Below, one piece after another: positions 40,268-50,312 of a stretch of DNA of 64,000 nucleotides; position 1 is the stretch's first letter, and every line of letters starts with the position of its first letter. The stretch comes from Bacillota bacterium. Lineage in GTDB: Bacteria > Bacillota > Limnochordia > Darwinibacteriales > DTU012. The stretch covers positions 11,050-75,049 of the forward strand of contig JAAYNP010000005.1 in assembly GCA_012520795.1 (NCBI GenBank), in the 5' to 3' direction. The position numbers and the translations under genes are program-made. The notes under the pieces are model-generated. The model did no database searches, was not told the DNA's origin, and saw nothing but the letters and a program-made list of their open reading frames with translations.

Positions 40268-40849
40268 TTACCGGTAAACTTCGACAATATCTCCGTTGTT
40301 CAGTCCTGCTGCGTTAGCTTCATCCGTGTCAATGTGAAGCTCGAGGACAAAGTCATCCCTTACCCGCACTAACACATTGTTGAAGACCACACTCCGTTCA
40401 CCTTCTGTTTTGACACTTACCACGCTTTTATCTTCAACACCAAAGTCCGCCGCATCACTTGGACTCATATGGATATGGCGCAGCGCGATGATTACTCCCT
40501 CTATTAGACAAATCGAACCTCTGGGGCCGACTATTGTGATCGATTCAGAACCATCCAATGACCCCGAATCCCTGACCGGAGGCCTAAGGCCAAGGATAAA
40601 GGCGTCTGTGCGGGAAATCTCAACCTGGGTCTTCCCACGGAGCGGCCCCAACACCCGTACATTTTGGATAGCATTCTTCCTTGTAACCAGCGTTACTTGC
40701 TCATCAGCGGCATATTGGCCCGTTTGAGACAAGTCTTTCACCGGTGTCAACTGATAATCAGGGCCGAACAGTACTGCCAGATCTTCCTTGTTCAGATGAA
40801 TGTGCCTGTTGGAGACACCTACTGGTACTTTTCCAAGTAACTGTTTCAA
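40268..40849 (-). CDS. pduL: phosphate propanoyl/acetyl-transferase PduL-like
   Basis: Two PduL repeats (VGVSNRHIHL and ALRHIHMSP). AGGAGG lies 7 nt before the TTG start. Confidence 0.65.
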   Translation of the reverse strand: MKQLLGKVPVGVSNRHIHLNKEDLAVLFGPDYQLTPVKDLSQTGQYAADEQVTLVTRKNAIQNVRVLGPLRGKTQVEISRTDAFILGLRPPVRDSGSLDGSESITIVGPRGSICLIEGVIIALRHIHMSPSDAADFGVEDKSVVSVKTEGERSVVFNNVLVRVRDDFVLELHIDTDEANAAGLNNGDIVEVYR

Positions 40850-41073
40850 ATCAATTCCTCCTTGCGTTACTACAGCAATATTGTAAAAAGCTTCACATGT
40901 TAATCTACGACAGATCAATCCAAAATCCTGCCGTAACTGGCCCGCGTCTGAACGAGACGAGGTACCGTTGGCATAATATCATTAATATTCCCACTGTGCA
41001 AGTCGATCAAAGATCAGTCTTATTACGCCGCCAAATATGCTGGTAAATCCCGGTGGTTTTCAGCCAAAAAGGG

Positions 41074-41102
41074 TTGACCACAGGTGTTTCCTATGGTATA
41101 TT
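41074..41102 (+). promoter_or_regulatory. promoter TTGACC-17-TGGTATATT (extended -10) for tRNA-Trp
   Basis: The -10 element lies 11 nt upstream of the tRNA 5' end. Confidence 0.6.
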
Positions 41103-41112
41103 TAGATAGTGT

Positions 41113-41188
41113 AGGGGAGTAGCTCAACTGGTAGAGCATCGGTCTCCAAAACCGAGGGCTGCGGGTTCGAGTCCTGTCTCCCCTGCCA
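41113..41188 (+). tRNA. tRNA-Trp (anticodon CCA)
   Basis: Cloverleaf AGGGGAG/CTCCCCT acceptor stem, anticodon loop CTCCAAA, T-loop TTCGAGT, and CCA encoded. Confidence 0.85.
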
Positions 41189-41207
41189 CTTTTATCAGGT
41201 AATTTTA

Positions 41208-41240
41208 AAGCGCACCGTCAAAAGTGGTGCGCTTTTCGCA
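41208..41240 (+). terminator. intrinsic terminator after tRNA-Trp
   Basis: AAAGCGCACC-N9-GGTGCGCTTT followed by TCG. Confidence 0.75.
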
Positions 41241-41260
41241 ATTTCAATGCAAACGTTTTT

Positions 41261-41632
41261 CTACCTCTGCAGAATTCCTCCGCATAGGCTGCCCAAAACC
41301 CCAATGACACTGACAATGACCAGCTGTTTCAGCCAGAACCACTGTAAGATCAGCTTCAGATCAGCCCGAAGCAAAGTCATAATCACCAGGAAGATGACAC
41401 CCAGCAGCATACCATGGAACCACAACCTCTGCTTTAGTTTTGTGCCGACATACACTGAACCGGCCAAGATACTGATATAGTTTGCGATTCTCAAGACGGG
41501 ATCGGTATACTGCCACGGTGAGACATAGGTAAACAAAGCCATGATCAAGGCCAACACTACCATAGACAAACAGCTGAAAGCCACGCCTTGAATCAATAGT
41601 AAAAAATTGATCCTGCCTGCTGCACTTTTCAT
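41261..41632 (-). CDS. small 4-TM membrane protein
   Basis: A 123 aa ORF consisting almost entirely of TM helices. Confidence 0.4.
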   Translation of the reverse strand: MKSAAGRINFLLLIQGVAFSCLSMVVLALIMALFTYVSPWQYTDPVLRIANYISILAGSVYVGTKLKQRLWFHGMLLGVIFLVIMTLLRADLKLILQWFWLKQLVIVSVIGVLGSLCGGILQR

Positions 41633-41675
41633 CGTTCGCCACTCCCCGACGGCTATTCAATCCCTAAATCCTATG

Positions 41676-41713
41676 CCTTGGCACAAAAAAATATGCAGCC
41701 AAGATATCCTGGC
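41676..41713 (-). terminator. terminator for the EF-G paralog (minus strand)
   Basis: ATATGCAGCC-N10-GGCTGCATAT followed by TTTTTTT on the minus strand. Confidence 0.7.
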
Positions 41714-41740
41714 TGCATATCTGCTTGCTTTCGTTTCTTC

Positions 41741-43813
41741 CTAGGCCTCTTCTTGTTTCCTTGCAGCAATAACCTGTTCTGCCAACTGCTGAGGCAGCTC
41801 TTCATAGTGGCTGAACTCCATGGTGAATGAACCTCTACCTTGGGTGATCGACCTGAGATCTATGGCGTAATTGAACATCTCGCTCAACGGGACTTGGGCT
41901 CTGATTAGTTGATTCCCGTCTTTGGGCTCCATACCCAAAATCTTACCCCGCTTTTTGTTCAGATCACCCATTACATCGCCCATGAAACTTTCCGGTACCG
42001 TAATGCAAACATTTTGAATCGGCTCCAAAAGCACCGGGTTGGCGTCCACAAACCCTTTCTTCAAGGCCATGGAAGCGGCAATTTTGAAGGCCATTTCCGA
42101 TGAGTCCACACTATGATAAGAACCATCAAAAAGGGACACTTTTAGGTTCACAATCGGGTATCCGGCCAGAATGCCCTCTTCCATAGTTTCGCGAATACCT
42201 TTTTCCACAGCAGGAATGTACTGCTTGGGTACCGCACCGCCGAAGATGTTGTCAACAAACTCAAGCTCATCCCCGCCCTCGCCGCTGCTGGGCTCAATTT
42301 CCAGCCAAACATGGCCGTATTGGCCTCTGCCGCCGGACTGCTTCTTATGTTTGCCTTCAACCTTCATTTTGCCCTTGATGGTCTCCCTGTAAGGCACGGA
42401 TGGCGTAGACAGCTTGACCTCGGCACCAAATTTCCTATGCAGCCGGGAACACATTACTTCCAAATGCAGATCTCCCAACCCGGATATGAGAATCTCGCTT
42501 GTTTCCACACTTTTCTCCACTGTGAAAGTCGGGTCCTCCTCTGCAAGTCGGGCCAAACCATTGCTAATCTTGTCTTCGTCACCTTTTGCCAAAGGCTGGG
42601 CAGCCATTGTCATAACCGGTTTTGGAAAATCAATACCTTTTGCCACAATTGTTGAGCCTTTAACCGAAAGGACATCGTTAGTGTTTGTCTCCTGAAGCTT
42701 TGCAACGGCGCCGATGTCTCCCGGGCCCAGATGGCTGACGGGAATATGCTCTTTTCCTTTAATTACAAACAGCTGGCCGATCCTTTCGTCTCTGCCCCGG
42801 CTCACATTATGCACTACACTGTCCGATTTGATCGTCCCCGATAATACTTTAAACAGGGTTAACTTGCCAACATACGGGTCAGCCAATGTCTTGAAGACCA
42901 GTGCGTTGAGGGATGCATCATCAGGCTTAATCTCGACTTCCTCAGATGTCTTTGTGTCAATACCCGCATTCACTTTTTCCGCAGGACTGGGTAGGCATTG
43001 AATGCAATAATTCATCAGCTCTGTAATCCCAACATTTGCCGTGGCCGAGCCGCAAAATACGGGTACAACGTCCCCAGTCTTGGTTCCAACAGCAAGTGCG
43101 GACTCGATTTCAGCATCGGTTAGGGCTTCGCCCTCAAGATATTTCATCATCAATTCGTCATCTGTAACAGACACCGCTTCTATCAAGTCTTCCCTGGCGG
43201 CAGCCACTTCACTGGCCATTTCTGCCGGTACATCTGCAACCTTAACCTCGTTATTATCCCATAAGTAGGCTTTTTGCTGAATCAAGTCAACATGGCCCTG
43301 ATAATCCTGGGCATTGCCGATGGGAAGTTGAACCGGCACTACCTTTGGTCCGAACATGGACTGCAGCTGTTCAACAACGCGGCTGAAGTTGGCATTTTCC
43401 CGCTCCATCTTGTTCACAAAAACAACCCGGGGCGTGTTGTACTGCTCTGCATACGCCCAGGCCTTTTCGGTGCCTACCTCTACTCCCGAAGAGGCGCACA
43501 CAACGATAACGGCTCCATCCGCCACTCTCAAGGCTGCAATCATGTCGCCGACAAAGTCAAAATAACCAGGTGCATCAAGAATGTTGATCTTGTGTTCGTT
43601 CCATTCCACCGGGGCCAAAGCCAGATCGATACTGATCTGCCGTTTGATTTCTTCCTGATCATAGTCTAAGGTGCTTGTGCCATCGTCTACTCTGCCTAGC
43701 CTGTTTATACCCTTGGATACATATAACATCGCTTCCGCAAGCGACGTCTTGCCTGCACCGCTATGGGAAACAAAAGCTATATTTCGTAATCTGTCAATAC
43801 TGTAATCCTTCAC
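41741..43813 (-). CDS. elongation factor G paralog (EF-G2-like translational GTPase)
   Basis: Five-domain EF-G architecture. The G1 motif is non-canonical (VSHSGAGKTS). DAPGYFDF and NKMD motifs present. GAGGAGG lies about 7 nt before the GTG. Confidence 0.75.
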   Translation of the reverse strand: MKDYSIDRLRNIAFVSHSGAGKTSLAEAMLYVSKGINRLGRVDDGTSTLDYDQEEIKRQISIDLALAPVEWNEHKINILDAPGYFDFVGDMIAALRVADGAVIVVCASSGVEVGTEKAWAYAEQYNTPRVVFVNKMERENANFSRVVEQLQSMFGPKVVPVQLPIGNAQDYQGHVDLIQQKAYLWDNNEVKVADVPAEMASEVAAAREDLIEAVSVTDDELMMKYLEGEALTDAEIESALAVGTKTGDVVPVFCGSATANVGITELMNYCIQCLPSPAEKVNAGIDTKTSEEVEIKPDDASLNALVFKTLADPYVGKLTLFKVLSGTIKSDSVVHNVSRGRDERIGQLFVIKGKEHIPVSHLGPGDIGAVAKLQETNTNDVLSVKGSTIVAKGIDFPKPVMTMAAQPLAKGDEDKISNGLARLAEEDPTFTVEKSVETSEILISGLGDLHLEVMCSRLHRKFGAEVKLSTPSVPYRETIKGKMKVEGKHKKQSGGRGQYGHVWLEIEPSSGEGGDELEFVDNIFGGAVPKQYIPAVEKGIRETMEEGILAGYPIVNLKVSLFDGSYHSVDSSEMAFKIAASMALKKGFVDANPVLLEPIQNVCITVPESFMGDVMGDLNKKRGKILGMEPKDGNQLIRAQVPLSEMFNYAIDLRSITQGRGSFTMEFSHYEELPQQLAEQVIAARKQEEA

Positions 43814-43942
43814 CAAATCTCCTCCTCTTGTCCTTCTACCACTATTTAGGAATAATTTGGACGCAATGCCAAACCATCATTGTAGCCTCAGTTTATATTC
43901 CACAACAGAACTACTCCTTCCTTCCTGGCTGTGAAAATAAAC

Positions 43943-45307
43943 TTACCACCACCAGCCCCAGCTGCGGTTAATTACAAGTCTGTTCGCTTCATAGTCATAT
44001 TCTGTTTCATACCCAAACACGGACAGAAGTGATATGGGCAAATAGAATCTTGAATCCTCAGCAAGGACATTTTCTGCCAATGGTACCACCGTGTCCCGCC
44101 AAGTCAGCACTCCCTCGCCGGGATCGATCACCATGTAGTTCAAACCGCTGATGAGAAATATCCGTTTTGACCCGAACTGAATCAATCCCAGCAAGGAGGC
44201 CAAGCCATCCAGATCCAGATACAGCCTGCCATTGTGAAGTTTGATTCCCAATGATTCAGTTACAGTCCTGTTATTGATCAAGAGTTCTATTTCATCCGGG
44301 TCAACTTGATGCAACAGGTAGCAGCTGCCGTCAGTTTCTTGAACTAGGAAGGTATCATCGAAAACTACCAAATCCTGCACATTGAACAAAGCCAAAGAAG
44401 CTACTTTATTCAATGCGCCAGAGCCGAGGGCATATGTAGTGATCCCACTTCGTCCAGACATGTTTACTATACCCAACTGAGGCAGATATTTGATTATGTG
44501 CCCATCCAAATCTACAGGGAAATGGCGGACGGTGACAAGGTTGTCTCCAGTGTATTTCCATGCATAGAAGATGTTCTGCCCGGTGACAACCGCCAATTCG
44601 GGCAGTTCGTCCGGTACTGCTTTGACCAAAAAAACGCTGTCAATCGTGCCCCAGGGATAGTTTTGCCCCAACAGCTCCAACTGCCCGTCAACCCAGCCCA
44701 GGACACCCACATATCCTGAATGATATGTGAAAATAACTTCAGCGCCGCCCACCCCATCGAGATCCCCAACACACACATACTTGACATTGGCATTTGGCTG
44801 GGAGCGCCAAAACAGATCCAGCCCTCCACCCCAGCTAAGATAGATGAAGGCTTCTCCTCTTTCAGTGCGGACGACCACATCACCCCAGCCATTACCGGTT
44901 ATGTCCGCTATCTTCAGGTCCACCACCGGTGACCACAGATAACGCTGTTCACTTATTTGACGCCAGGCACCCCGGACACTCTGGTAAACATAATAACTGT
45001 AGTTGTCTGTGCCGATGACGATTTCCGGACGGAAATCTCCTGTGAGATCACCTGCGGCAAGGGCCGTGACATTGCCGGCAAAACCAGCGATGGTCGCCAC
45101 AAGCTCGCCTTCATCATAGATGCTGACCTCGTTTTCGCGGCCGGCGACTATCTGGCTCCGCCCGATGTTGAAAAGGTCGGAAACCACAAGTATACTGTCC
45201 CGCAGGTGTGGCTGCTCCTCCAATAAATAGCCAGCCTGGACAGGCAGACTGAAACCGGCCATTAGGCATATGCCGATCGAAAACAACATGCCCAGTTTTC
45301 TGCTCAA
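43943..45307 (-). CDS. secreted FG-GAP repeat protein with C-terminal copper-amine-oxidase N-terminal-like domain
   Basis: Signal peptide. Repeated GDxxGDG-type motifs (DLTGDFRPEIVIG, DITGNGWGDVVV, DLDGVGGAEVIF). The C-terminal domain is typical of Cu_amine_oxidN1. Confidence 0.5.
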   Translation of the reverse strand: MSRKLGMLFSIGICLMAGFSLPVQAGYLLEEQPHLRDSILVVSDLFNIGRSQIVAGRENEVSIYDEGELVATIAGFAGNVTALAAGDLTGDFRPEIVIGTDNYSYYVYQSVRGAWRQISEQRYLWSPVVDLKIADITGNGWGDVVVRTERGEAFIYLSWGGGLDLFWRSQPNANVKYVCVGDLDGVGGAEVIFTYHSGYVGVLGWVDGQLELLGQNYPWGTIDSVFLVKAVPDELPELAVVTGQNIFYAWKYTGDNLVTVRHFPVDLDGHIIKYLPQLGIVNMSGRSGITTYALGSGALNKVASLALFNVQDLVVFDDTFLVQETDGSCYLLHQVDPDEIELLINNRTVTESLGIKLHNGRLYLDLDGLASLLGLIQFGSKRIFLISGLNYMVIDPGEGVLTWRDTVVPLAENVLAEDSRFYLPISLLSVFGYETEYDYEANRLVINRSWGWWW

Positions 45308-45384
45308 TCGAAAGAAGCCTCCTTCATCCTGTTTATCCGGGGGTTTTACATTATATTATTGGCTCTTTGAGCTTTATTTCCTTC

Positions 45385-45416
45385 AATAAAAAATCCTCCC
45401 AAATCTGGAAGGATTC
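45385..45416 (-). terminator. terminator downstream of tRNA-Pro (minus strand)
   Basis: AATCCTTCC-N-GGAGGATT followed by TTTTTTATTG on the minus strand. Confidence 0.6.
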
Positions 45417-45487
45417 TGTGTGCTGACCAAATTTCGAAACGCGATCGTTATTTGACCGTTTTCCGGGTTGGGGCATGCTTTATAAGA

Positions 45488-45565
45488 TGGTCGGGGCGAC
45501 CTGATTTGAACAGGCGACCTCTACCACCCCAAGGTAGCGCGCTAGCCAAACTGCGCCACGCCCCG
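45488..45565 (-). tRNA. tRNA-Pro (anticodon GGG)
   Basis: CGGGGCG/CGCCCCG acceptor stem, anticodon loop TTGGGGT, T-loop TTCAAAT, and CCA encoded. Confidence 0.8.
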
Positions 45566-45617
45566 ACTGGACCGAGAATAGGATACCATAAATTCTACGG
45601 AAATGCAAGCTGTATTC

Positions 45618-45893
45618 CTATTTTCCCACTGAATCTTTCAGCTGTTTCCCGGCCTTGAAGACAGGAACTTTCTTGGCAGGGATCGTCATCTCAGCGCCAG
45701 TCTGGGGGTTGCGGCCGACCCGCTCTGAACGTTCTTTGACCTCAAAAGAACCAAACCCAATCAATTGCACTTTTTCCCCTTGAACCAATGCTTCGGTGAT
45801 GCTCGAAAAGACAGCGTCCACTGCCGCCGCGGCATCTTTTTTAGTCATGTTTGTCTTGGCGGCAACATGATCAACCAATTCACTCTTGGTCAT
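45618..45893 (-). CDS. hup: DNA-binding protein HU
   Basis: 91 aa with the HU signature ([21 protein letters not shown]). AAGGAGGG SD upstream. The longest ORF reaches 45971. Confidence 0.85.
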   Translation of the reverse strand: MTKSELVDHVAAKTNMTKKDAAAAVDAVFSSITEALVQGEKVQLIGFGSFEVKERSERVGRNPQTGAEMTIPAKKVPVFKAGKQLKDSVGK

Positions 45894-45955
45894 CCGATAC
45901 CCTCCTTCATTAGTGTCATCACTAGTGTAACCATAATGGCGGGGATTATCAAAAA

Positions 45956-47434
45956 TTACAAGATAATGCAAATTAGACCGCCGCTGCCCTCATTAATGAT
46001 CTTGGACAGTGTCTCCTGCAGCTTTTCACGAGCAGTTTCCGGCATTCGGTTTAATTTGACGTGTATTCCCTCTTTGACCAAATCCTGCAGTGAACGGCCC
46101 AAAAAGTCACGATCCCACAGAGCGTCCGGGTCTTCCTGAAATTCATCCGAAAGTGATTGGACCAGCTCTTCGCCTTGTTTCTCAGTGCCGACCAAAGGAG
46201 TGACTTCTGTCATGATATTGGCCTGAATCATATGAATCGAAGGGGCACTTGCCGTCAGTTTGATGCCAAAATGGCGCCCTTGTTTGATCAACTCCGGCTG
46301 TTCAAAAGTAATATCATCCAAAGAAGGGGACACTATTCCGTACCCGGTTTCCCTCACCTGCATTAGAGCCGAGGCAAGTTTGTCATATTCCCGTTTGGCA
46401 ACAGATAAATCCTGCATCAACCTGATCAGGTGATGATCTCCTTCCACCTCAAGCCCTGTCATGCCCGCCAGAACTTCGTAGAACAAGGCGCGGGCCGCCG
46501 CAAGCTCAACATTGACTGTACCGGTCCCCATATCCATCGCCTTAAGCTTTACTGTTTCGATTGCATCCCTATTCGACAATAGGGGCAGAGATCCGTCCAC
46601 ATCTCGCAGGCGATCGATATAGCTGACACACTGATAGATAGCTCCGTCGAAATCCTGCCGCAGCCAGTGCTCCTGTGGAAGCTCCTCGACCCAACGCGGC
46701 AACCTGAAATTGATCTCCCGAACCGGAAACTCATACAATGCGGCTTGCAAAAGTGACATAACGTCATCCTGAGACATGCGCAAACAATCCAAGGGCACAA
46801 CCCTGACCTGGTAACGCTCCTCCAAGGCAGCTGCAAGCTCCAACACCGGGGCGCTCCGGGGCTGATCTGTGTTCAGGACCACTACAAAAGGCTTTTCCAG
46901 TTCCTGCAATTCGGCAATAACCCGTTCTTCTGCTTCCAGGTAGTCATCCCGCTGCAGATCAGTCACGGACCCATCTGTAAGCACCACCAACCCTATGGTG
47001 GAATGCTCGCTGATTACTTTTCTGGTGCCCAGTTCCGCCGCCTCCTGAAAGGGAATTTGATGGTCAAACCATGGTGTCATAACCATCCGCGGCCCATCCT
47101 CATCAAGATAGCCTTTTGCACCTGGAACCGTGTAACCAACACAATCTACCAGCCGCACCTTGAATTTGATGTTCTCTTGCAGGGTGATTTCCACCGGTTC
47201 TTCAGGTACGAATTTCGGTTCGGTGGTGGTAATCATCTTTCCTGCCCCGCTTTGAGGCAGTTCATCATTGGTTCTCTCCTTGACATGGATATCATTAATA
47301 TTGGGCAGCACCAATAAATCCATAAACCGTTTAATAAACGTCGATTTCCCAGTACGCACAGGGCCAACCACGCCTATGTAGATGCTTCCCCCTGTACGCT
47401 GCGCAATATCGGCAAAAAGATCAAACTTCTCCAT
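45956..47434 (-). CDS. spoIVA: stage IV sporulation protein A
   Basis: [35 protein letters not shown] is near-identical to B. subtilis SpoIVA. 492 aa. AGGAGGG SD upstream. spoIVA-hbs adjacency matches Bacillus. Confidence 0.9.
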   Translation of the reverse strand: MEKFDLFADIAQRTGGSIYIGVVGPVRTGKSTFIKRFMDLLVLPNINDIHVKERTNDELPQSGAGKMITTTEPKFVPEEPVEITLQENIKFKVRLVDCVGYTVPGAKGYLDEDGPRMVMTPWFDHQIPFQEAAELGTRKVISEHSTIGLVVLTDGSVTDLQRDDYLEAEERVIAELQELEKPFVVVLNTDQPRSAPVLELAAALEERYQVRVVPLDCLRMSQDDVMSLLQAALYEFPVREINFRLPRWVEELPQEHWLRQDFDGAIYQCVSYIDRLRDVDGSLPLLSNRDAIETVKLKAMDMGTGTVNVELAAARALFYEVLAGMTGLEVEGDHHLIRLMQDLSVAKREYDKLASALMQVRETGYGIVSPSLDDITFEQPELIKQGRHFGIKLTASAPSIHMIQANIMTEVTPLVGTEKQGEELVQSLSDEFQEDPDALWDRDFLGRSLQDLVKEGIHVKLNRMPETAREKLQETLSKIINEGSGGLICIIL

Positions 47435-47545
47435 CAAGGCTTCCCTCCTTTGAATTGGCTTTACCACCTCAAGCCCATTATCAGGCAAACATGCGGATGG
47501 ACACTATAACTATATTAGAAGCTTGGAGAAAATATAACAATGAAA

Positions 47546-47573
47546 ACAAAAAAATCACGGCGAACCGTGATTG
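47546..47573 (-). terminator. terminator for plsY (minus strand)
   Basis: AATCACGG-ttcg-CCGTGATT followed by TTTTTTTG on the minus strand. Confidence 0.7.
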
Positions 47574-47616
47574 TTACAGCAATTGACCGATTAACCCGCG
47601 CCAATCACAATGCCTG

Positions 47617-48228
47617 TCAGTTTTTCTGTGCTTTCTCACCAATACGGTATTCGGTCCCCGCCATTAGGCGTTGAATATTGGGGCGGTGCCGCCAAATTAC
47701 ATACACTCCCAGCAGCATCCCCAATAATACATAACTCATTGGGTACGAAAAGAGAGCGAAGCTGATCGGCAAAGCTACAGCCGCCAAAATCGATGACAAA
47801 GAAATAAACCGGCTCACAGCCAAGGTTCCAAACCAGACACAACCCAACACCACAAGCACCTTCCAGGACAACCCTAATAACACACCGCAGGCTGTAGCTA
47901 CGCCCCTGCCGCCCTTGAATCCGCCGAATACGGGCAATGTGTGGCCCAACACTGCACAAATACCCACAACCAACCATATCGTTTCATTGGCCAGGTGTTT
48001 TTTCGCCAGCAATACCGGAACCAATCCTTTGCCCCCATCCAAAACCAATACGATCACTGCCGGAACCCAGCCTACTGTACGCAATACATTGGACACGCCA
48101 ATATTGCCGCTGCCGTACTCCCGGATGTTGATATTCGACCACATTTTCGCTATCCACAGACCAAATGGCAATGAACCCGATAGATAAGCCAAGAGCATCA
48201 GCCCCAGGCCGACAGTGAACTGTTCCAT
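47617..48228 (-). CDS. plsY: glycerol-3-phosphate acyltransferase PlsY
   Basis: LAYLSGSLPFGLW motif and FKGGRGVAT motif. Confidence 0.85.
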   Translation of the reverse strand: MEQFTVGLGLMLLAYLSGSLPFGLWIAKMWSNINIREYGSGNIGVSNVLRTVGWVPAVIVLVLDGGKGLVPVLLAKKHLANETIWLVVGICAVLGHTLPVFGGFKGGRGVATACGVLLGLSWKVLVVLGCVWFGTLAVSRFISLSSILAAVALPISFALFSYPMSYVLLGMLLGVYVIWRHRPNIQRLMAGTEYRIGEKAQKN

Positions 48229-48230
48229 CT

Positions 48231-49538
48231 TCAATCTCTCTCCTTCACACTCAAGATGATCGGCGTGCCTTGAAACCCGTATTCCGCCCGCAGGCAATTC
48301 TCCAAATAGCGTAAATACGAAAAGTGCATCAGCTGGCTGTGATTGACATAAATCAAGAAGACAGGCGGATTGACTTGGACTTGAACCGCGTAGAAAACCT
48401 TTAGCCGTACGCCCTTATCTGAGGGTGGTTGATGCATGGCAACAGCATCTTGGATAATTTCATTGAGCCTTCCAGTGGGAATACGCAGGCTGCGTTGCCC
48501 GGCTATGCTGATCGCCAGATCGATCAGCTTGTGGACTCGTTTGCCCGTGAGGGCCGATATGAACTCTACAGGAGCGTAGGACAGAAACTGCAGTTTTGCC
48601 AGGATTTCCTGCTCGTATTCCCGCATCGTATTTGTTTCCTTCTTTACCAAATCCCACTTGTTGACAATTATCGCACAACCTTTGCCATTCTCATGAATGT
48701 ATCCTGCGATTCTCTGATCCTGTTCGGTTACACCCTCTTGCGCATCCAACATCAAAAAGACGATGTCGGAACGATCTATGGCCCTAAGAGCCCTTAATAC
48801 ACTATAATGCTCAACACCCGATTCTACCTTCTTTTTCCGTCGCATGCCGGCAGTATCGATCAGGATAAATTCCTGACCATTGTAGGTAAAGCTGGTGTCA
48901 ATCGCATCCCGGGTAGTTCCGGGAACATCTGATACGATCACTCTTTGTTCGCCAACAAACTGGTTGATCAAAGTCGACTTGCCTACATTAGGCCGTCCTG
49001 TAACAGCAATTTTTAACGCTGGATCCACCTTGGGATCACTATCGGGGAAATCAGCAACAACATGATCAAGCAAATCACCAATACCCATACCGTGCTCTGC
49101 AGAAACGGTCACTGGTTCACCCAGGCCCAGGGCCCAAAAATCAGCTGCTATGGCAGGGCTCAACGTAAAATCCTCGACTTTGTTGACACAGAGGATGACC
49201 TTTTTCGATGCCTTCCGCAGTTGTTGAGCAATCTCTTCGTCTGCTGCAGTCAAGCCCTCGCGGCCGTCGACCACAAAAATAATAACATCAGCTTCCTCGA
49301 TGGCCATCTCCGCCTGAACTCTGATTTGTCTGGTTATGGTGTCTTCTCCCGTTTCGATGCCGCCGGTGTCAACCAGAATGAATTCTTTGGTCAACCATTC
49401 CACTTCACAGTAGATCCGATCCCTGGTCACACCAGGTTGGTCGTGGACAATCGCGATTCGTTCCCGGGCAATCCGGTTGAACAAAGTGCTCTTGCCAACA
49501 TTGGTCCGGCCGACAATCGCCGCAATCGGTTTAGCCAT
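48231..49538 (-). CDS. der: ribosome-biogenesis GTPase Der (EngA)
   Basis: Two tandem GTPase domains (GRTNVGKSTLFN and GRPNVGKSTLIN) plus a KH-like C-terminus. Confidence 0.9.
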   Translation of the reverse strand: MAKPIAAIVGRTNVGKSTLFNRIARERIAIVHDQPGVTRDRIYCEVEWLTKEFILVDTGGIETGEDTITRQIRVQAEMAIEEADVIIFVVDGREGLTAADEEIAQQLRKASKKVILCVNKVEDFTLSPAIAADFWALGLGEPVTVSAEHGMGIGDLLDHVVADFPDSDPKVDPALKIAVTGRPNVGKSTLINQFVGEQRVIVSDVPGTTRDAIDTSFTYNGQEFILIDTAGMRRKKKVESGVEHYSVLRALRAIDRSDIVFLMLDAQEGVTEQDQRIAGYIHENGKGCAIIVNKWDLVKKETNTMREYEQEILAKLQFLSYAPVEFISALTGKRVHKLIDLAISIAGQRSLRIPTGRLNEIIQDAVAMHQPPSDKGVRLKVFYAVQVQVNPPVFLIYVNHSQLMHFSYLRYLENCLRAEYGFQGTPIILSVKERD

Positions 49539-49620
49539 GGCTATTCTCTCTTTCCCATGCATTTCTTTCCTTTATACGGCGTTAGTAATTCGCTACTGCA
49601 CAGCTGTTTTCCTCTTTTCA

Positions 49621-50103
49621 TCACCCCGGGCCTCCTGTTTTCGGGGGAGGTGCACACATGGCTCTAGTGCAGGAAACAATCTCGGCCAAATTAAAAAAGG
49701 CCTTTTGGGTTCCCTTGATCAGCAGCGGCCTTCCAATTTTGACCCACCCCAGGCGGCGGGACATGAACCCGCCAATACGCATCAGCCAGTTAACCGCAGG
49801 CAAAGTGTCCACAAACCAGATCCTGTCAGGAGTGCCTCCAGCGAGCAGGACACCGCTCTTGACCGCTTGTTCAATGCCATACTTGTCCCGGCCGCGGCCG
49901 CAGACATATATCCTGTTACCCCAGTCATCTTCGCCTACAAACATCACCTTGCCCCGCTGTGATTGTGGGACTCGGTCATACAGTTCGATGCTGCTGATTT
50001 CAGCACCCGTTGGCACCTGGTGCGGGTCCAATCTGCCAAGATGAATGGCGGCAGCCACCGGTGACGAATGCGTGCCCCCATAACAGCAATAGATGATTTC
50101 CAC
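49621..50103 (-). CDS. DUF3189-like protein
   Basis: N-terminus IIYCCYGGTHSSPVAAAIHLG. GAGGTGA SD upstream. Confidence 0.35.
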   Translation of the reverse strand: MEIIYCCYGGTHSSPVAAAIHLGRLDPHQVPTGAEISSIELYDRVPQSQRGKVMFVGEDDWGNRIYVCGRGRDKYGIEQAVKSGVLLAGGTPDRIWFVDTLPAVNWLMRIGGFMSRRLGWVKIGRPLLIKGTQKAFFNLAEIVSCTRAMCAPPPKTGGPG

Positions 50104-50120
50104 CAAGTTTCACCTCATAA

Positions 50121-50312
50121 TTAATGCTTGACAATTATATAGACCCCGTTACCCAAATCATGGATTGCAGCCATGAATACCCGGGAAAGGTAGACTGCTA
50201 CCTGCTCCAATTCTGAAAAATCATCAACATAGAAGATCGGAGCTGAACCGCCCACCCTGTCTCTGGCGGTTGTGATCACAGCCAAGACCTGATTTGTCGC
50301 AGTTACATCCAT
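50121..50312 (-). CDS. small protein coupled to the YIEGIA gene
   Basis: ATG immediately follows the YIEGIA TAG stop. GGAGGAAG SD lies inside the upstream gene. Confidence 0.3.
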   Translation of the reverse strand: MDVTATNQVLAVITTARDRVGGSAPIFYVDDFSELEQVAVYLSRVFMAAIHDLGNGVYIIVKH

